From assembly GCA_951406725.2 (NCBI GenBank), contig OX597816.1:70866001-70930000 (forward strand): a stretch of 64,000 nt of DNA, read 5' to 3'. The notes below the pieces were generated by a model that saw only the letters and a list, made by a program, of their open reading frames with translations, had not been told where the DNA came from and did no database searches. This document shows positions 36,523 through 51,560 of this stretch, one piece after another. Position numbers and translations under genes: made by a program. Position 1 is the stretch's first letter. The number at the start of each line of letters is the position of its first letter. Source of the DNA: Octopus vulgaris. Its lineage: Eukaryota.

Positions 36523-37403
36523 AGAAGCTTGCTTTCCAACCACCTGATTCCGGGTTCAGTCTCACTGTGTGGCAACTTGGGCAAGTGTCTTTTTTATTTT
36601 AGCTTCGAGCAGACCAAAGACTTGTGAGTGGATTTGGTAGATGGAAACTGAAAGAAGCTTATCGTATATGTATATATATTTATGTATGTGTGTGTGTGTG
36701 TCACTGTGTGTGTTTTTGTGTTTGTCCCCAGCATCGCTTGACAACCGGTGTTGGTGTGTTTAGGTCCCCGTAACTTAGCAGTTCGGCAATAGAGTTCGAT
36801 CGAATAAGTACTAGACTTAAAAAGAAAAGTACTGCGCACGATTCATTCGGCTAAAAAATTATTCAAGGCGGTGCTCCAGCATGGTAGTAGTCTAATGACA
36901 GAAACAAGTAAAAGATAGAACTTAATGATATCTAATTATAAAAATATGATAGGAATTTTTTCAACTCAGGGGTCCAGTAGAGTAAAGCAGGAATCGAAGG
37001 AGACCGGAGGAAAAAAATGATTGATAACCCACTCCGATAGAGATAAACTTGTCAGCGGAATTCTCAGCGCCTGATGCGCTAAATCAATGTGTAAGTTGCT
37101 CACTAAATCCATTAACTGAATACTCATCGTCGATATTGGCGGAGGTCCATTGATATTACCTTCTTGTTGAAAAATGACACAACGCATCAAGCTTGGCTGA
37201 CTTAAGGCACTTCTTCGACACTTTTCAATTACAAAGGAACCTTATTTTTTTTTCCTTAAAATGAGACCTTGCTTCAGTGAGCATCGTCTTGCACCTGCGT
37301 TCCTTCCTACTGACACTTTCAATAATATCGTGTGGGGTGGGGTAGCATATGGCTGATCTCGATATACAATGCATTATGATTTCTGCTTTCTGTTTCTTTC
37401 CGT

Positions 37404-37468
<65 letters not shown>

Positions 37469-37485
37469 TAATAATAATAATAATG

Positions 37486-37559
<74 letters not shown>
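37404..37559. repeat. (AAT)n microsatellite
   Basis: Direct reading; source of spurious poly-Ile ORFs. Confidence 0.97.
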
Positions 37560-37824
37560 CACAGTAACAATAATAGTATCAACAACAAGTATACCAGTAA
37601 TTACATCAACAATAACATTTCTACTACTACTACTACTACTATTATACGAATATTCCCTCCCACCACACACATGTATATCAATGCATATGACTTTAATTGT
37701 TATGATTGTTATTATTGTTGTCAACCAGTTGCTTGCGTTTAACTACATGCATTGATATATATATATAAGCACATACATGCATGCATATATCTGCACATAC
37801 ATACATACATACATCTATACATAC

Positions 37825-37908
<84 letters not shown>

Positions 37909-38025
37909 AACAAAACTTGAACAAAACTTGACTTAAACAGGATTCGAATAATCCTATCAGGTGGTGCTATTAAGTTAGACATGGCCTGGACCAATCTTTG
38001 GTCGAAACATATCTAAGTTTATCTA

Positions 38026-38120
<95 letters not shown>

Positions 38121-38250
38121 GTATGTATGTATGTATATATTATTTCTACTTTCATTCTCTTATTTCCCTCTATATTTCTATCTCCTCCTTTTCCATAATA
38201 ATTCCTTATTTCGAACTCAAATATTTACCTCTATTTAATCATCTCACATC

Positions 38251-38298
38251 GTCTCTGATGAAGGGATGTCCATAATATCCCAGAAACAGCTGTAAGGC
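38251..38298 (+). ncRNA. Minimal type I hammerhead ribozyme motif (Penelope type)
   Basis: GTCT-CTGATGA-A-GGGATGT-CCATA-ATATCCC-A-GAAA-CAGCTG-TA-AGGC; palindromic ACAGCTGT helix III, GUA cleavage triplet. Confidence 0.7.
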
Positions 38299-39358
38299 CA
38301 TATCTATTTCTTTTTCCTTATAAATGTCCTGAAAACTCCTCACAGCCTTTGCTTCGTTATCTCATTTTGTCTAATATGTATATATATATATAAGCATTCG
38401 TGAAGTAAAATCATGTAGCAACACCAAATGGCGGTGCCCCAGCATGGCCACAGCTTGTGAGTTGAAACTAGATAAAAATTAAAATATAAAAAAACAATTT
38501 TTAAATATACATAAATTTGACATGGGCGATTCTTTCTTGTCTTGGGATTCACGGTCAAACAGCTGGGTGGAATTGCGTGAAAAATTACACAGATGTGTTG
38601 AATCATCCGGTCGTGATGCTGGGCTTTGTATTTTTTTCACAGCTCCTATGGCTACCATGATAAATTACTATAATAATACTCTTGTGTTTATGAATGGGAA
38701 AAGAAGGGATGATAGAGGAATAAGGAAGGAAGGGTTGAGCGTTTCAACTCTGTGTGAATATATGTGCGTGAATGTAAAAGGGGGTATGTGAATGTGTGTG
38801 TGTGTGTTTGCGTGTGTGTGAGTATGCGCGCGCAATGGAAGTGGGATGGTTCATCTTTGTTCACTTAGTATTTGGGTTTTATTTTTTGATTTGGTTGAAT
38901 CTTGGGTTTTTTTTTGTTGGTCAGTTATTTTTAGCGTTTTGACACACACGTACATATGTATGCATGAAAAAATTTGAAAATGCATTTGTTTTAAGAAAAT
39001 CTATTTGCTCTTAGTCAGTTTCATAATTTCATGATTTCCAAATGTAAAGTGTGATGGGGAGACTTGGATCTATGTTTGTCTCAACTCTGGCCGGAATTGG
39101 CTCCTTTATATGAAGAGATTATAGCTTGAATTACCATCTGTTAAGATTCAGTTTCATTGGTTGATGGCAGTCGTGGCTCTCCGTAACGTCCGTTTACTAG
39201 GGTTATGTCACTCTATGAATTATGAATGCACCAAAATTTAAGGGTTTGTTACTCCAGTTAAAGTGTCATGTGACCGTTTTACTATCGACTAAAACGTTTG
39301 AAGACTACCTCCAATCTTTCGCGATACCCTTAATGCCAGGAACTTTCAGCACCTAGTC

Positions 39359-39413
<55 letters not shown>

Positions 39414-39424
39414 TATATATACAC

Positions 39425-39480
<56 letters not shown>

Positions 39481-40941
39481 AAGGTATCTCATTGTTATGT
39501 AGTTATAGGTTATTTAATCATTGTATTTGTGGTTTCTTACACAAAGGCAAAATGAGAAAACATGGAATTTTGGCGATTTGTGTAAAAATATGAATGTTAA
39601 AGTAGGGGAATTTGTCTATAATTAAGTTGTCGTATTTATAGGCGGTGGATAGTCAATCTGCTTTCTGGACCAAGTTTCTTTGGTCTTATGTAATTTTTGA
39701 TACACCCATTGCATTCAGTGGCACAGCATAAGTTAAATGTTTTGACGGACAGATTGTTTTACATAGAAAATATGTTCTGATTTATATTTATAAGATGTGT
39801 ATGGTATAAGATTGATGCAAGTTCTGCATTTAGGATCACCATTCTTCGTAATTATTGTTAGTGTTGTGTTTTATTAGGCGATTTCACATGGAAATTAATT
39901 TTTAGAGGGATTTACTTTGATTTTGTTTTAAGACAAAGAAACACAGACATAGAGACACACAGACAGAGACCAGATATTAAAACACCAATTTAGGGCAGAA
40001 AACAATATTGCCCACACTGGTGTGTCAAAGTGTTTCCCTTTATGTCAAAGTGTACTTTGGTGAGTTGACAACATAGACACAAAAGAGGAAATTGAAATAT
40101 TGGGTTTGATACGATCGACTAAGACATTTGAAGACTAACTCCAATAGCTGAAATCAGTCGGAAAAATATGTAAGATACTTTACCATCCCTACTTTACTTA
40201 AAACACAGCTGTCAAGATCGCTATACTGGAATGAAAATATGAAATTTAATCGTCTATCACAGTATTAGCAATATAAATGCTCATACAGGCTACGGCCAAA
40301 AATACCCTCACACATTTTACTGACTGGTAAAGTTTCAGCAGGAAACATACAGTGTGCTCCATTCAAACCATAAAGGCAACTAAGAACGCTATAAAACCTT
40401 GAGTTACATGAAAGCACCTCTTATTTCTGTCTAACTTTACTAGTACCACACTATTGGTCGTCTAAAATATAGGATGTTATGCACATACACACCACACACA
40501 CACAATGTTGGTAGGTAGGGTAAAATCCCAGCTGTTTCCTTTTGCTTATTCCATCATTACAATCCAATATGTAGTTGCGGCCGTTGTAAAAATGCAAAAT
40601 ACCAAATTTCAAAATTCTGGAAATATTGTTTGCAGAGTTATTGCATAACAAAGCAGGAAGTTGGAAAATTGTTTTAGTATTATTCTATTCACCATTACAC
40701 ATGTTTCATTTGCCAATAGGAAATACTGAGTTTTACATGTTTTACCCGTTGTTATTTACTTGATATTATCTGATTTGCTTTTTCCATTTCAAGAACTTTT
40801 AATAAGAAATTCCTTACATGTCTATCAAACATGTAAAATTATGTAATTGCTATTAGCAAATGAAATATGTCTAATGGTGAATAAATAATGCCAATAAATT
40901 TTCCAACTTCCCATTTTGTGATATATGTATATATATGTGCA

Positions 40942-41038
<97 letters not shown>

Positions 41039-41063
41039 GTCTGTCTATCTATCTATCTATCTA

Positions 41064-42322
41064 CAGGGGTTGGACCAAATAATGGATACGCCTTAAAATT
41101 TCAAACAAATTTATGTTAATATGGGGTAGGACGCCTTTGGCAGTAATTACAGCTTCAGTTCTACTAGGTATGGACTCGTACAAAGTTTGAATTGTTTCCA
41201 AAGGAATTTGTGTTCATTCTTCAGCTAAAACAGTTTCCAGTTCTTGTAGTGATGATGGTGGAGGATATCGACTCCTTACTTGTTTTTCTTAAATGTTCAA
41301 CAATATTGAGATTTGGGGACTGTGGTGGCCAGATAAAATGTTCAACTTCCCTAGAATGTTCCTCGTGCCATTCAGTAACAACTTTAGCTGTGTGAATTGC
41401 TGCATTATCACCCTGAAAGATTGCGTTTTCCCCCGGAAACAGTTCCGCAAGCATAAGATGAATTTGATCAGATAAAAAACTTAAATAGTCTTGACTATCA
41501 ATTTGGCCATGAAGGGAAACCATTGGGCCGGCGGCATTCCAAGATATAGCACCCCACCCCAGATCATCACAGATACTCCTCCATATTTAACAGTTGGAAG
41601 AAGGCAGTCTGAGTCATATGCTTCTTTTGGCTGTCTCCACACAAATACTCGGCCAGTGGTCGGAAATAAGGTAAAGGATGACTCGTCCGAGAAAATAACA
41701 TTCTTCCACTGCCTTAGGGACCAATTCTGTAGGTTTTTACTCAACTCTAAATGATTTTCAACGTTTGTTTTTGAAAGTAGTGGTTTTCCGATTGCAGCCC
41801 TCCCGTGAAATCCGGATTTGTGCAGCTCCCAGCGAACAGTTTTTGTGGAAACTGGGTTTTCGAGGTAGTCATTAAGCTCTGCAGTAATTTTGAGAAATGT
41901 ACTTTTGTGATCCTTTCTAACAATTCACGCAAGAGTCCGACGGTCCCTATTTGAAAGTTTTGTTTTTCTTCCGGAGTTTCCTCGACGAGGAGGTTTTCCT
42001 TCTTTTTCAAAGGCCGTCATTATTTTCGAGACAGTACTTCTTGATACACAAAACATTTCGGCTGTTGTTAAGCTAGGGCCTGCCATACCAGCACCAACAA
42101 TTTGACATCTTTGAAAGTCCGATAGATCTGTCATTTTAATGAATTTTAATTACCTTTTTCTGATGATATCTGAAAAGAAACAGCAATTTTAGCAAAATAT
42201 ATTGAGCAACACTAATAATAAATCAAAAAAACAAAAATAAACAAGCGTTTGACGGTTTTATAGATACTTCAAATTTAGGATGCTATGATGCTAGGAGTTT
42301 CCAATATTTTATTCAACCCCTG
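41064..42322 (-). mobile_element. Full-length degenerate Tc1-family transposon
   Basis: TA-CAGGGGTTGG...TCAACCCCTG-TA TIRs; frameshifted transposase LSDFQRCQIVG, VIFSDES, FQGDNA..H, WPPQSPNLNIVE. Confidence 0.92.
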
Positions 42323-42330
42323 TATATGTG

Positions 42331-42423
<93 letters not shown>

Positions 42424-45400
42424 GATGCAAAGTGTCACGCAGTTAAAAAGCAACACGGAAGATTACAAGACTATGCATAAGGTGTTGGTTTAATGTTTGA
42501 ACAGAAGGAAAAGAAGTGTCTTTCACATTTCCGATGTTAGTCCTTCTGCTCAGAGAAAAAAAAAACGAAGAGGAAACAGGGAGCGGGGAAAAAGATGGAA
42601 AATTGGAGAAAGGAGAATATCGCTGATGGTATTTAACACAACCGTTTAGATTTAAATAACATGTCCACAAATCTATCGGGGAATTTTTTTTAAGCTGATC
42701 CATTTTTCATGCAAGTTGATGAAGGATTGTCAACGCTACAGTGTCCGTGTATCATAAATCCTCATTATCACTTCATACAGTTTTCTATTTTCGTTTACAT
42801 CCAAAATTTCTGCTGAGACTAACCAGGCAATATCAACTTGATTTATTATTTCATCCACGCCTTGAGGAATAATTAGGAAAAAGTTGTGAGTTCAAATTCC
42901 GCCGAGGTCGACTTTGCCTTTCATCCTTTCGGGGTCGATAAATTAAGTACCAGTTATGCACTGGGGTCGATGTAATCGACTTAATCCCTTTGTCTGTCCT
43001 TGTTTATCCCCTCTATGTTTAGCCCCTTGTGGTCAATAAAGAAATAAGAATCGTTAATACGCCGGACAAAATACTTAGCGGTGTTTCAAGGTTTTTTACT
43101 TTCCGAATTCAGATGCTGTCGAGGCCGACTTTATCATCTTTTCGGAGTCGATGAAATAAGTACCAGTTGAGCACTGGAGTTGATGTAATCGACTAGTCCC
43201 ACTGTCCCACAAAATTTCAGGCCTTGTGCCTACAGCAGAAAGTATTATTAACTAAATTCCTGAGAACTAATGGGTGATGTTTGGAATTTATATCAATGCT
43301 CGGCAATTTTTTCTTTATGCTAATCTGCGCATGCTGGAGGTCTATAACATCTAACGAACAAGTTATAAAATTCATGGCATTTCCTCTCTCCACCAAGAGA
43401 ACTTTTTTTTAGTGTGGATGATATTTGGAGAGATATCAAACAAAATACAAGATGTGTTCATCACAAATTGCGAGAGGAAAACATGAAGCTGATGATCCAG
43501 CGGGGAGTGGGTCTTTATGCAGTCATTCGATTTGCTAGAGATATCAACCAAATCTCCATTAAATATTACTTTACCGTTTTAAACGAAAGACAAGTTGGCT
43601 AATGTAATATTAGGTATTTCTGAATGTACGATAGAATAATCATGGCTGGGAAACCTTTGATCGTAAGACTAGCATGTGTTTAATGAACACCAGTAGCGCC
43701 GAGGTATTAGAACTGTGGTAGAAGGAAGAAAGTCATATTATTTTACATACAAGAGTAAGGGCTGTGAGATGGTTTTCTGCCCTACACAGAAACAAAAGGA
43801 GAAATAACTGAAACGCGCCAACCCAACATTGATTGCCAACGCCTTTACTACAATAGGAACAACGAAATAAAAAGCAACAAGCGGAGCAGTCACTATTGCC
43901 GCTGTTAAGTAAGGCGGTAAAAGTGCAACTACCCCAACAGCAAAAACAACAACAACTGGAGAAGCAACAGCAGTTGCTGACGTTTAACAATATTCAAGTA
44001 GAAGAAACATACAAAGGAACCACCCAGACGTAACAGACATTCAAAGCTTTACTACATCTCAAAGTGTGCGTGGGGAGAACCCTTGTGTATCTTGCTAACT
44101 TGATTCTCAGCTCAGCAATGTCGAGGCAAAGGACAATTAGAATGAGAAGATGATGTAAGAAAATAAAAGGAAGGGAAGCTCAGTGCTCGGAAGTTAAGTA
44201 AATCTGAGAAGGCAAAACAACAGCAGTTGACCGAATCAGCAATTGGGAGCACAATTGCCCGAAAGGAAAATGAGAAACCAAGGAAAGAAGGCTCGCTGGA
44301 TGGAATGACGAAAACATTGCTGGTATGGAAGGAAGGAAATCAAAAGGTTTACTATAAAACTAAGGATGGCATACTGCTGATCTTTGAATGTGATACCCAA
44401 TTTGGCATACTAAGGCGAATAATTGAGACTTACTTATCAGTTAGAAATGGCATGATAGCACTTTCAAGAGGCTCAAATCCTTCTTGTGGAAATTTTCCTC
44501 ATTATTTTCGGTGAGAGACGGGAACGAGTGGCTGTAATGGACAGAAGGTTAGTCCACGTTACTCCGCAAGGAGCATAAGGCCAGCTTCCCGGTTACTCTG
44601 GGGTGTGTATTCCTTGACCGGGACGTCGGTCCGTCGCAAAATTACTCATTTTTACTGGCTGAGTGGACTGGAGCAACGCGAAATGAAGTGTTTTGCTCAA
44701 AAACACAAGGCGTCTCCTGGTCCAAGAATCGAAATCACAATCTTACGATCATGAATCCAACACCCTAACCACTACGCCATGCATCTCCATTGGACAGAAG
44801 GGGAAATGTTTCAACTGTCTAACAGATATAGAATGAATTTTCAGATTACATCAAATTGCAGCGTATAATGCTGGTTTTACATATAATGTTTTTATTAGAT
44901 TATCAAATAGGGATAACAAAGGCTTTCTTTGGTGATAGAGAACAAATTACACGGGTTACAAAAATATGAAACCTCTAAAACAAGAACTGCAATGCTGAAA
45001 GCTGTAAGCGTCGTTAACCAGCTTTTTTACGTTTCCTCATACACTGTGAGTTCATATTCCTGTTGAAGTCAAGTTAACCAATCATCCTTCAGAGATCGAT
45101 TTAAAAAATATTCTTCTATTGTATAGCCTTATGTATTGGCTTTATGTACAGATGCACGTGAGGATGAACAGTGAACTAGTAAATGCCAAATAAAAGGTGA
45201 AAAATTTAATTTCCCAACAATTTCTACACATTGCACACAAATAGATGATAATTTATCAGTTAAAAAATGTGTGAAGAAATTGAACGATACTGTTCACAAC
45301 ACCATGTGTTTTAGCTAATGAAGAAAGAACATTAGCTCATTAACGCTAACTTCAGTTCTCGAACGTATTGCTTTGAGCGAAACAGAAGGAACTGTTAGTA

Positions 45401-46136
45401 ATTCTTTCATTCACTAACATATGTCACATAGTACTGAAAAAAAAGCCTTCATGGTTGATATATGTAACGAAACAAAGCGCCTCCTAACCGGAGCAACATG
45501 GTCGCTTACCTCTGCATTTATAGAAAACACGGAGGTCTCGTCTCTGCATTTTTTAAAAACAGAAAAGCTTTCCTTGTACTTTCATGATCGACACGGTGAC
45601 AGATTCGTTTAGAGCGTTGGATATTTGTTTCGATCCTCTGCACTCTGATTTCAAATCTCACCGAGGTCATATTCGCTTTTCATTTTCTTGAATTTTATAA
45701 ACTAAAAATACCAGTTTTTTTGGGTTTTTTTTGACAGAACTGAGAAAACTTCGAACCGGATGCTTGTGGTATTTGTCCCAGCTGTCTCCACCGTGAGTTC
45801 AAATTCCGCCATTGTCTGTTTCAGTAAAAGACTCAGTTCGATGCCCGAGTTAACGTCATTATTTGGCTCCTTGCTTACTTTTAGCGGAGTTCACTCTTTT
45901 GCAAGCATTTAACAACAATCTCCAGTTTCTTTTATCCTTTACTTCTTTTAGCCATTTGCAGCCATGCTGGACCACTGCCTCGAAGAATTTTACTCGAATG
46001 AATCGACTCCAATATTTTTTTAAAGCCTGGAACTTATTCTATCGACCTTTTTTGCTGAGCTGCTAAGTTGCAGAACGTAAACTGGTTGTAAAGTGGTAGT
46101 AGGGAACAAACACGGACACAAAGACACACACGCACG

Positions 46137-46185
<49 letters not shown>

Positions 46186-46544
46186 CGTATTTCCTTCAAT
46201 TTCCGTCCACCAAACCAACTCACAAGGCTTTGGTCGGCCTGGAGTTATAGTAGGAGGCACTTGCTCAAGGTGCCATGCAGTGGGACTGAACCAAGAACAG
46301 TGTGATTGGAAGCAAAAACGAAAAAATATAACAAGTGAAGATAGCCCAAGCCGGAGCGTAGAAATATATCTCCAGCTTTGGTCAGCATAGGGGTTAAGGA
46401 ACTGATAATTTGGTTTCAAAATTGAACAGATGACTGCAGACCGAGCAGGGAATTAATGCATCTGTACATAAAGCCAAAACATAAGGCTATACAATAGAAG
46501 AGTTACCGTGAAGGACTCTGGAGATTACATTGACTCTTTGCTGA

Positions 46545-46830
46545 TCATCATCTTCACCAGCATCATCATTACCATCATCGTATTCATCATCATCATCACC
46601 ACCACCACTACCACCACCACCATCACCACCACCACCACCATAACCACCACCATCACCACCATCACCACCACCACCACCATCACCACCACCATCATCACCA
46701 CTACCATCATCACCACTACCATCATCACCACCACCATCACCACCACCACCACCCTTCTTCTTCTTCTTCTTCTTCTTCTTCTTCTTCTTCTTCTTCTCCT
46801 TCTTCTTCTCCTCCTCCTCCTCCTCCTCCT
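46545..46830. repeat. Compound (CAT/CAC)n-(CTT)n-(CCT)n microsatellite
   Basis: Direct reading. Confidence 0.95.
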
Positions 46831-47500
46831 ATCGTGCGTCGAACACGATGACAAACACCGTACACTCTGTAATTAAATTACTGGCTTACGAATGTTTGTT
46901 CGGTCCTCATGTCTTTCAAAGCTGATAACTAATAATAGCAGGGCTTGCTGCTCCTCAGAAATACACGATTTACGCCCTCATTCGACCTTAAAAATCATAA
47001 TAAAAAGAAATGTGTACCATAAAGATTCGTTTACGATCTTTCAACCGCTGTCTCTTGCTTGAAGAAACCTAACTGCTGCATATTAATGCTTGGAGAAGAG
47101 ACCTGCGCTGTGGCTTGTTGAAAGTTAGCCTTGGTATGTTATAACCTGTCTTAGTTGAAAGTTAACTGCGGCCTGCCTTGCTTGAGCGCTCGAAGTATTC
47201 TGTTGTGAGTAAGACACCAAACTGTTCAACTTGGGTAAAAAGGGCTCGAATTTTGAGAATATTTGAGAAGTCGTGTCACACCACAGCTTCAGGATGATAG
47301 GTCGATTTATAAAGCAGTCACATGAAACTGTAGTGGTATACTCATTATCCCAAACTGATAATTTCGCGGCTGGAGTTTGACTCCCTACAAGAAATATTGA
47401 TTGACTTTTGTTTTGCTTATAACACATTTCAGGAAATGTAACGAAGTTATTGCCATGAAGAGGCGTTGATCACTTTGACAAAAAGGAAAGTGTGTATGTA

Positions 47501-47557
<57 letters not shown>

Positions 47558-48455
47558 ATGAGAGAGAAAGTAGCAAACACATCTATATGACACCTTTATA
47601 GTTGTAAATGATGACCGCCACCCACAACATGGAAGCACAACAGCTATGGGAACACAACAGATCAGTTATGTTACCTAAATCTGTTAGAAGTAGCAGCGAA
47701 ATCACTCACCCTTTAATGTCGCGGGAAAATGGCAGACACACTGGATAATGCAGTTGTTCAAACGCTATTTCTTTTATAAAAGAAGGATATGGCTAAATGT
47801 GACTGGCATGCCTGTGATTCTTAGTATGCATATTCAGTATTGATTTAGGGTTAACAGCATAACACAAACCAGTGCAAAAACCTTACGCTCTCATTCTACT
47901 TTTTAGATATTGTATCCATCCAAATTTTCGACAAATTTCACACTACTGTTTTTATAATTTGTTAAAAAGACGCATTCAGTGCGTCTTTATTACTAGCAAC
48001 GTATGCGAAAGAATTGCCGACAGACCCTTTTGTGTCGTTCAAAACAACACAGCCATTGATTAAAGGTACAGTGGAAAATGTAGTTCAAAATAGAAAGAAA
48101 AAAGAAAAGAAGTTCGTTGTTGGAGCGCTTTTTGTTCATGGGACTATTTGATCAGGGTCGGCCTAGGGCTAAGAAACAACAAAAACTAGAACACTAACGA
48201 CATCGTTTCATACCTGTAAGACGAGGTACTCTTTGCTCTTTTACTCTTTTACTTGTTTCAGTCATTTGATTGTGGCTACGCTGGAGCACCGCCTTTTAGT
48301 CGAGCAAATCGATCCCAGAACTTATTCTTTGTAAGCCTAGTACTTATTCTGTCGGTCTCTTTTGCCGAACCGCTAAGTTACAGGGAACGTAAACACACCA
48401 GCATCGGTTGTCAAGCGATGTTGGGTGGACAAACACAGACACATAAAACACAAAT

Positions 48456-48488
<33 letters not shown>

Positions 48489-49652
48489 TATATACGACGG
48501 GCTTCTTTCAGTTTACGTCTACCAAATCCACTCACAAGGCTTTGGTCGGCCCGAGGCTATAGTAGAAGACACTTGCCCAAGATACCACACAGTGGGACTA
48601 AACCCGGAACCATGTGGTTGGTAAGCAAGCTACTTACCACACAGCTACTCCTACGCCTATGGTATTATTTATTAAGAAGGTATTATTTATTAACATCAAA
48701 CTGCAGAATACATAGATCAGAATTGGTCCCCTGGACCCGTAAGGACCCCCGGGTAAATTCAATGAACTAGACCCTATAGTACTTACTTATTGAGAGCGAG
48801 CTACACTATACACAGGTCAGAATTGAACCCTTACATCCGTGCGGCCTCCGCACAACTGTCTAGTGTGTTCGTGCTTTGAGATTGCACTGCTCGGCAGTAT
48901 ATAATTTCAAAACATGAAAAGCCAGAATAAAATAATTACAGCGTCATTTTCTCTGACACTTTGATAAATTCATTCAGTCCATCGCCATAATTGCTTCTTA
49001 TTTAAACACAAGGTCAGCAATTTTGACGGGGGTAGGAATTATTCAGTACCACTGACGCTACAGGGTTGCCTTAGTAACATTATAAGCCCTCGAGTAAATC
49101 AATGCACAGGGTCCTACAATATTTATTTATTGACAGCAGAATTGGGCCCCTAGACCAGTGCGCTCCCCCACTCGGGTCAAATGCTTAGTGTAACTATGCC
49201 TTAAACCAGCATTGATTAGGTGTCTATATTAAAGTACCTAGACGTATTCCCCAATTGGATGAACTTCTTTAGATTCCCCCCAAACAGAATACCATCCTTT
49301 ATTACTACATCAAGGAGCAGTTTTCTTCTTATTCAACGCAAGATAACTGTTGTCGCTGCCGCAAATTTGATATTACCCTCTGTTTTGTCGCGTTTCTTGT
49401 TCTTGTTCTTGTTGTTATTGAAGCAGTTTGCGGAGGTAAATGTTGATTATCAGTAGAGAGGTGGTCTTTTCTATTGTTATCGCGCATTTAACCACATCCG
49501 GTTTTATACAGATGACACCAACCATGCTTCCTCATTATCGTCGACAGGCGTTACCCGCAACCAAGTGAGACACATGTTTACATTTATAAACACAGAACTA
49601 TTGGAAAGACATGCTGCGAAGAACATACAGCAGCCATGTCCCGTTCAAAAGA

Positions 49653-49685
<33 letters not shown>

Positions 49686-49836
49686 TGTATGTATGTATGT
49701 ATGTATGTATGTATGTATGCATGCATGTATAATAATAATTTATTATATTGCATTGTATTGTATTTTATTATATAATACATACATATAGTATGTGTGCATA
49801 TATGTGTATATACATACATACACACACCACACACAC

Positions 49837-49873
<37 letters not shown>

Positions 49874-49897
49874 CTTATATATATATATTTATATATA

Positions 49898-51560
49898 CTA
49901 GCAGTATAGCCCGGCGTTGCCCGGGACTAAGTAAGGATTATTAAGCTAATCAAGCGCTTTGTTTCAAATCAAATTAAGTTACAACGACGTCAAATTTGAG
50001 CGAAATCCATTGAAATTGGTTAAACGTTTGGCTGAAAATAGGTTGCAGACGATTTGATTGGGAAATCCCATAAAGAATCGGTTTATCGATTTTCCCACTC
50101 ATCGAATGTCTTCTTTTTTTTTTTTTTTGGAGAACTTAAAGCACTCAAAGATCCCATGAGTCCTAAGTTTGAACAAAATACGACAAAATTGTGAAAAGTT
50201 ATAGCTGAAAATGGGGTGTACCCAATTTAGTGGGAAATTCTATAAGGAATTAGCGGGAAATCCTATGAGAAATCAGTTTATCGATTTTTCATCCTGATTG
50301 AATGAAAAACCCTATAAGGAGTCAGTTTATTGATTTTTCACTCCAAATAGGACTTAAACCGAACACAACATTGCTGATTCAAAAAATCTATATTTATACG
50401 TTGGTTTTCACACCCAACCCAGTTCTGCAGAATCAGTGTCATGACGGGAACGCATGGGTTGGGAGTTTGACCAGCAGAGGCGATCAAGTTGCACATGTCG
50501 GCCTTTTCGAATCCCCCCATCATCTAACCCCCCCCCCACACACACACACTTGGCCTATGTGTTGGGAAACCTTCCGGCAAGGAAAATAGAACAACCAAAA
50601 AGACTCCCAATCTGTGTCAAAAGAGGTTCTGTTCGGATCGCAGCTAAGCCTTAATCTAAGCCTAAGCTAACATAGTACCCCTCCTAGGGGTACTATCGGT
50701 CAAGGCTGCATCGAAGATATGCATTGGAAAAGGTTGCCTCAGAGATCTCTATCGATAATATGCATTGGAGAAGGTTGCATCGAAGGTTTGCACTGGATAA
50801 GGATGCATCGTAGGTTTGCATTGCAGATCTGCAGTGAAGAAAGTTGACTCAAGGGTTTGGATTGGATAAGGTTGCATTAAAGATCTGCATTGGAGAAGGT
50901 TGATTTGAAGGTTTGCATTGGGGACCCGGATTAGGAAAACTTACCAACAGCCTTAACAGAAAAATAAGTGGCCTGGCCCTTCTAGCCTAACTCTATGAGC
51001 AACTTGGCCAAGCACTGATATCGGCCGAGTGAGCATTGTTGTTGGAGAAGTCAGCATTGTCCAATAAAGAAGAGGAAGAGTCCATGAGTCATGTTGCCAT
51101 GGTTTGAGAATAAGTCCGGTCAATGCTTCCGGATCACCTGTTTATAACCATATAGGCCGCAATGATGACTTGTTCTTCTTTCTACGTCTATAAAACTTCG
51201 CTACAGACAACATTGCGTGTTCTGCCCTGAGGAGCATACACAAAAAAGAACGTTTCTACTCCCCACACAGGAGCAGGCCACATAAAGTTGCTCATGTGAA
51301 AAGCACAGCTCCCCCAAATGCATGCCCGCCACCGATAGTGTTTGGCCTTGGGATTTGTTGATGGACATGGCGAAGCATGGCCTCACAAGGAACTGCAAGC
51401 TGCGAAGTTAAACGGCATGTATGACCTCGAGGGATAAAGGTGCATCCTTGAAATGAAAACATTTCCGCCCTCCCGCACCCCCTAACAATGGTGGCCTCAA
51501 TAAAGTGGGGCGTCAGGGACTTGACTACGAAGCGGGTCCCGTTGCACTGTTGAGGCGGTT
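49898..51560 (-). mobile_element. Helitron remnant 1 (PIF1 helicase C-terminal relic plus 3' end)
   Basis: Minus strand hairpin CCCGGGCAACGCCGGG followed by CTAG at 49898; FAMSINKSQGQTL...FSHEQLYVA at 51201-51398. Confidence 0.75.
50704..50924. repeat. Degenerate 14/28-bp minisatellite (GGTTGCATCGAAGGTTTGCATTGGAGAA)
   Basis: About 7 imperfect 28-bp units inside Helitron 1. Confidence 0.7.

Noticed and set aside
43700-47430. Gln-rich and moderately GC-rich stretches that might be exons or LINE relics
   Set aside because: No sustained frame or recognisable motif by eye; needs a homology search.
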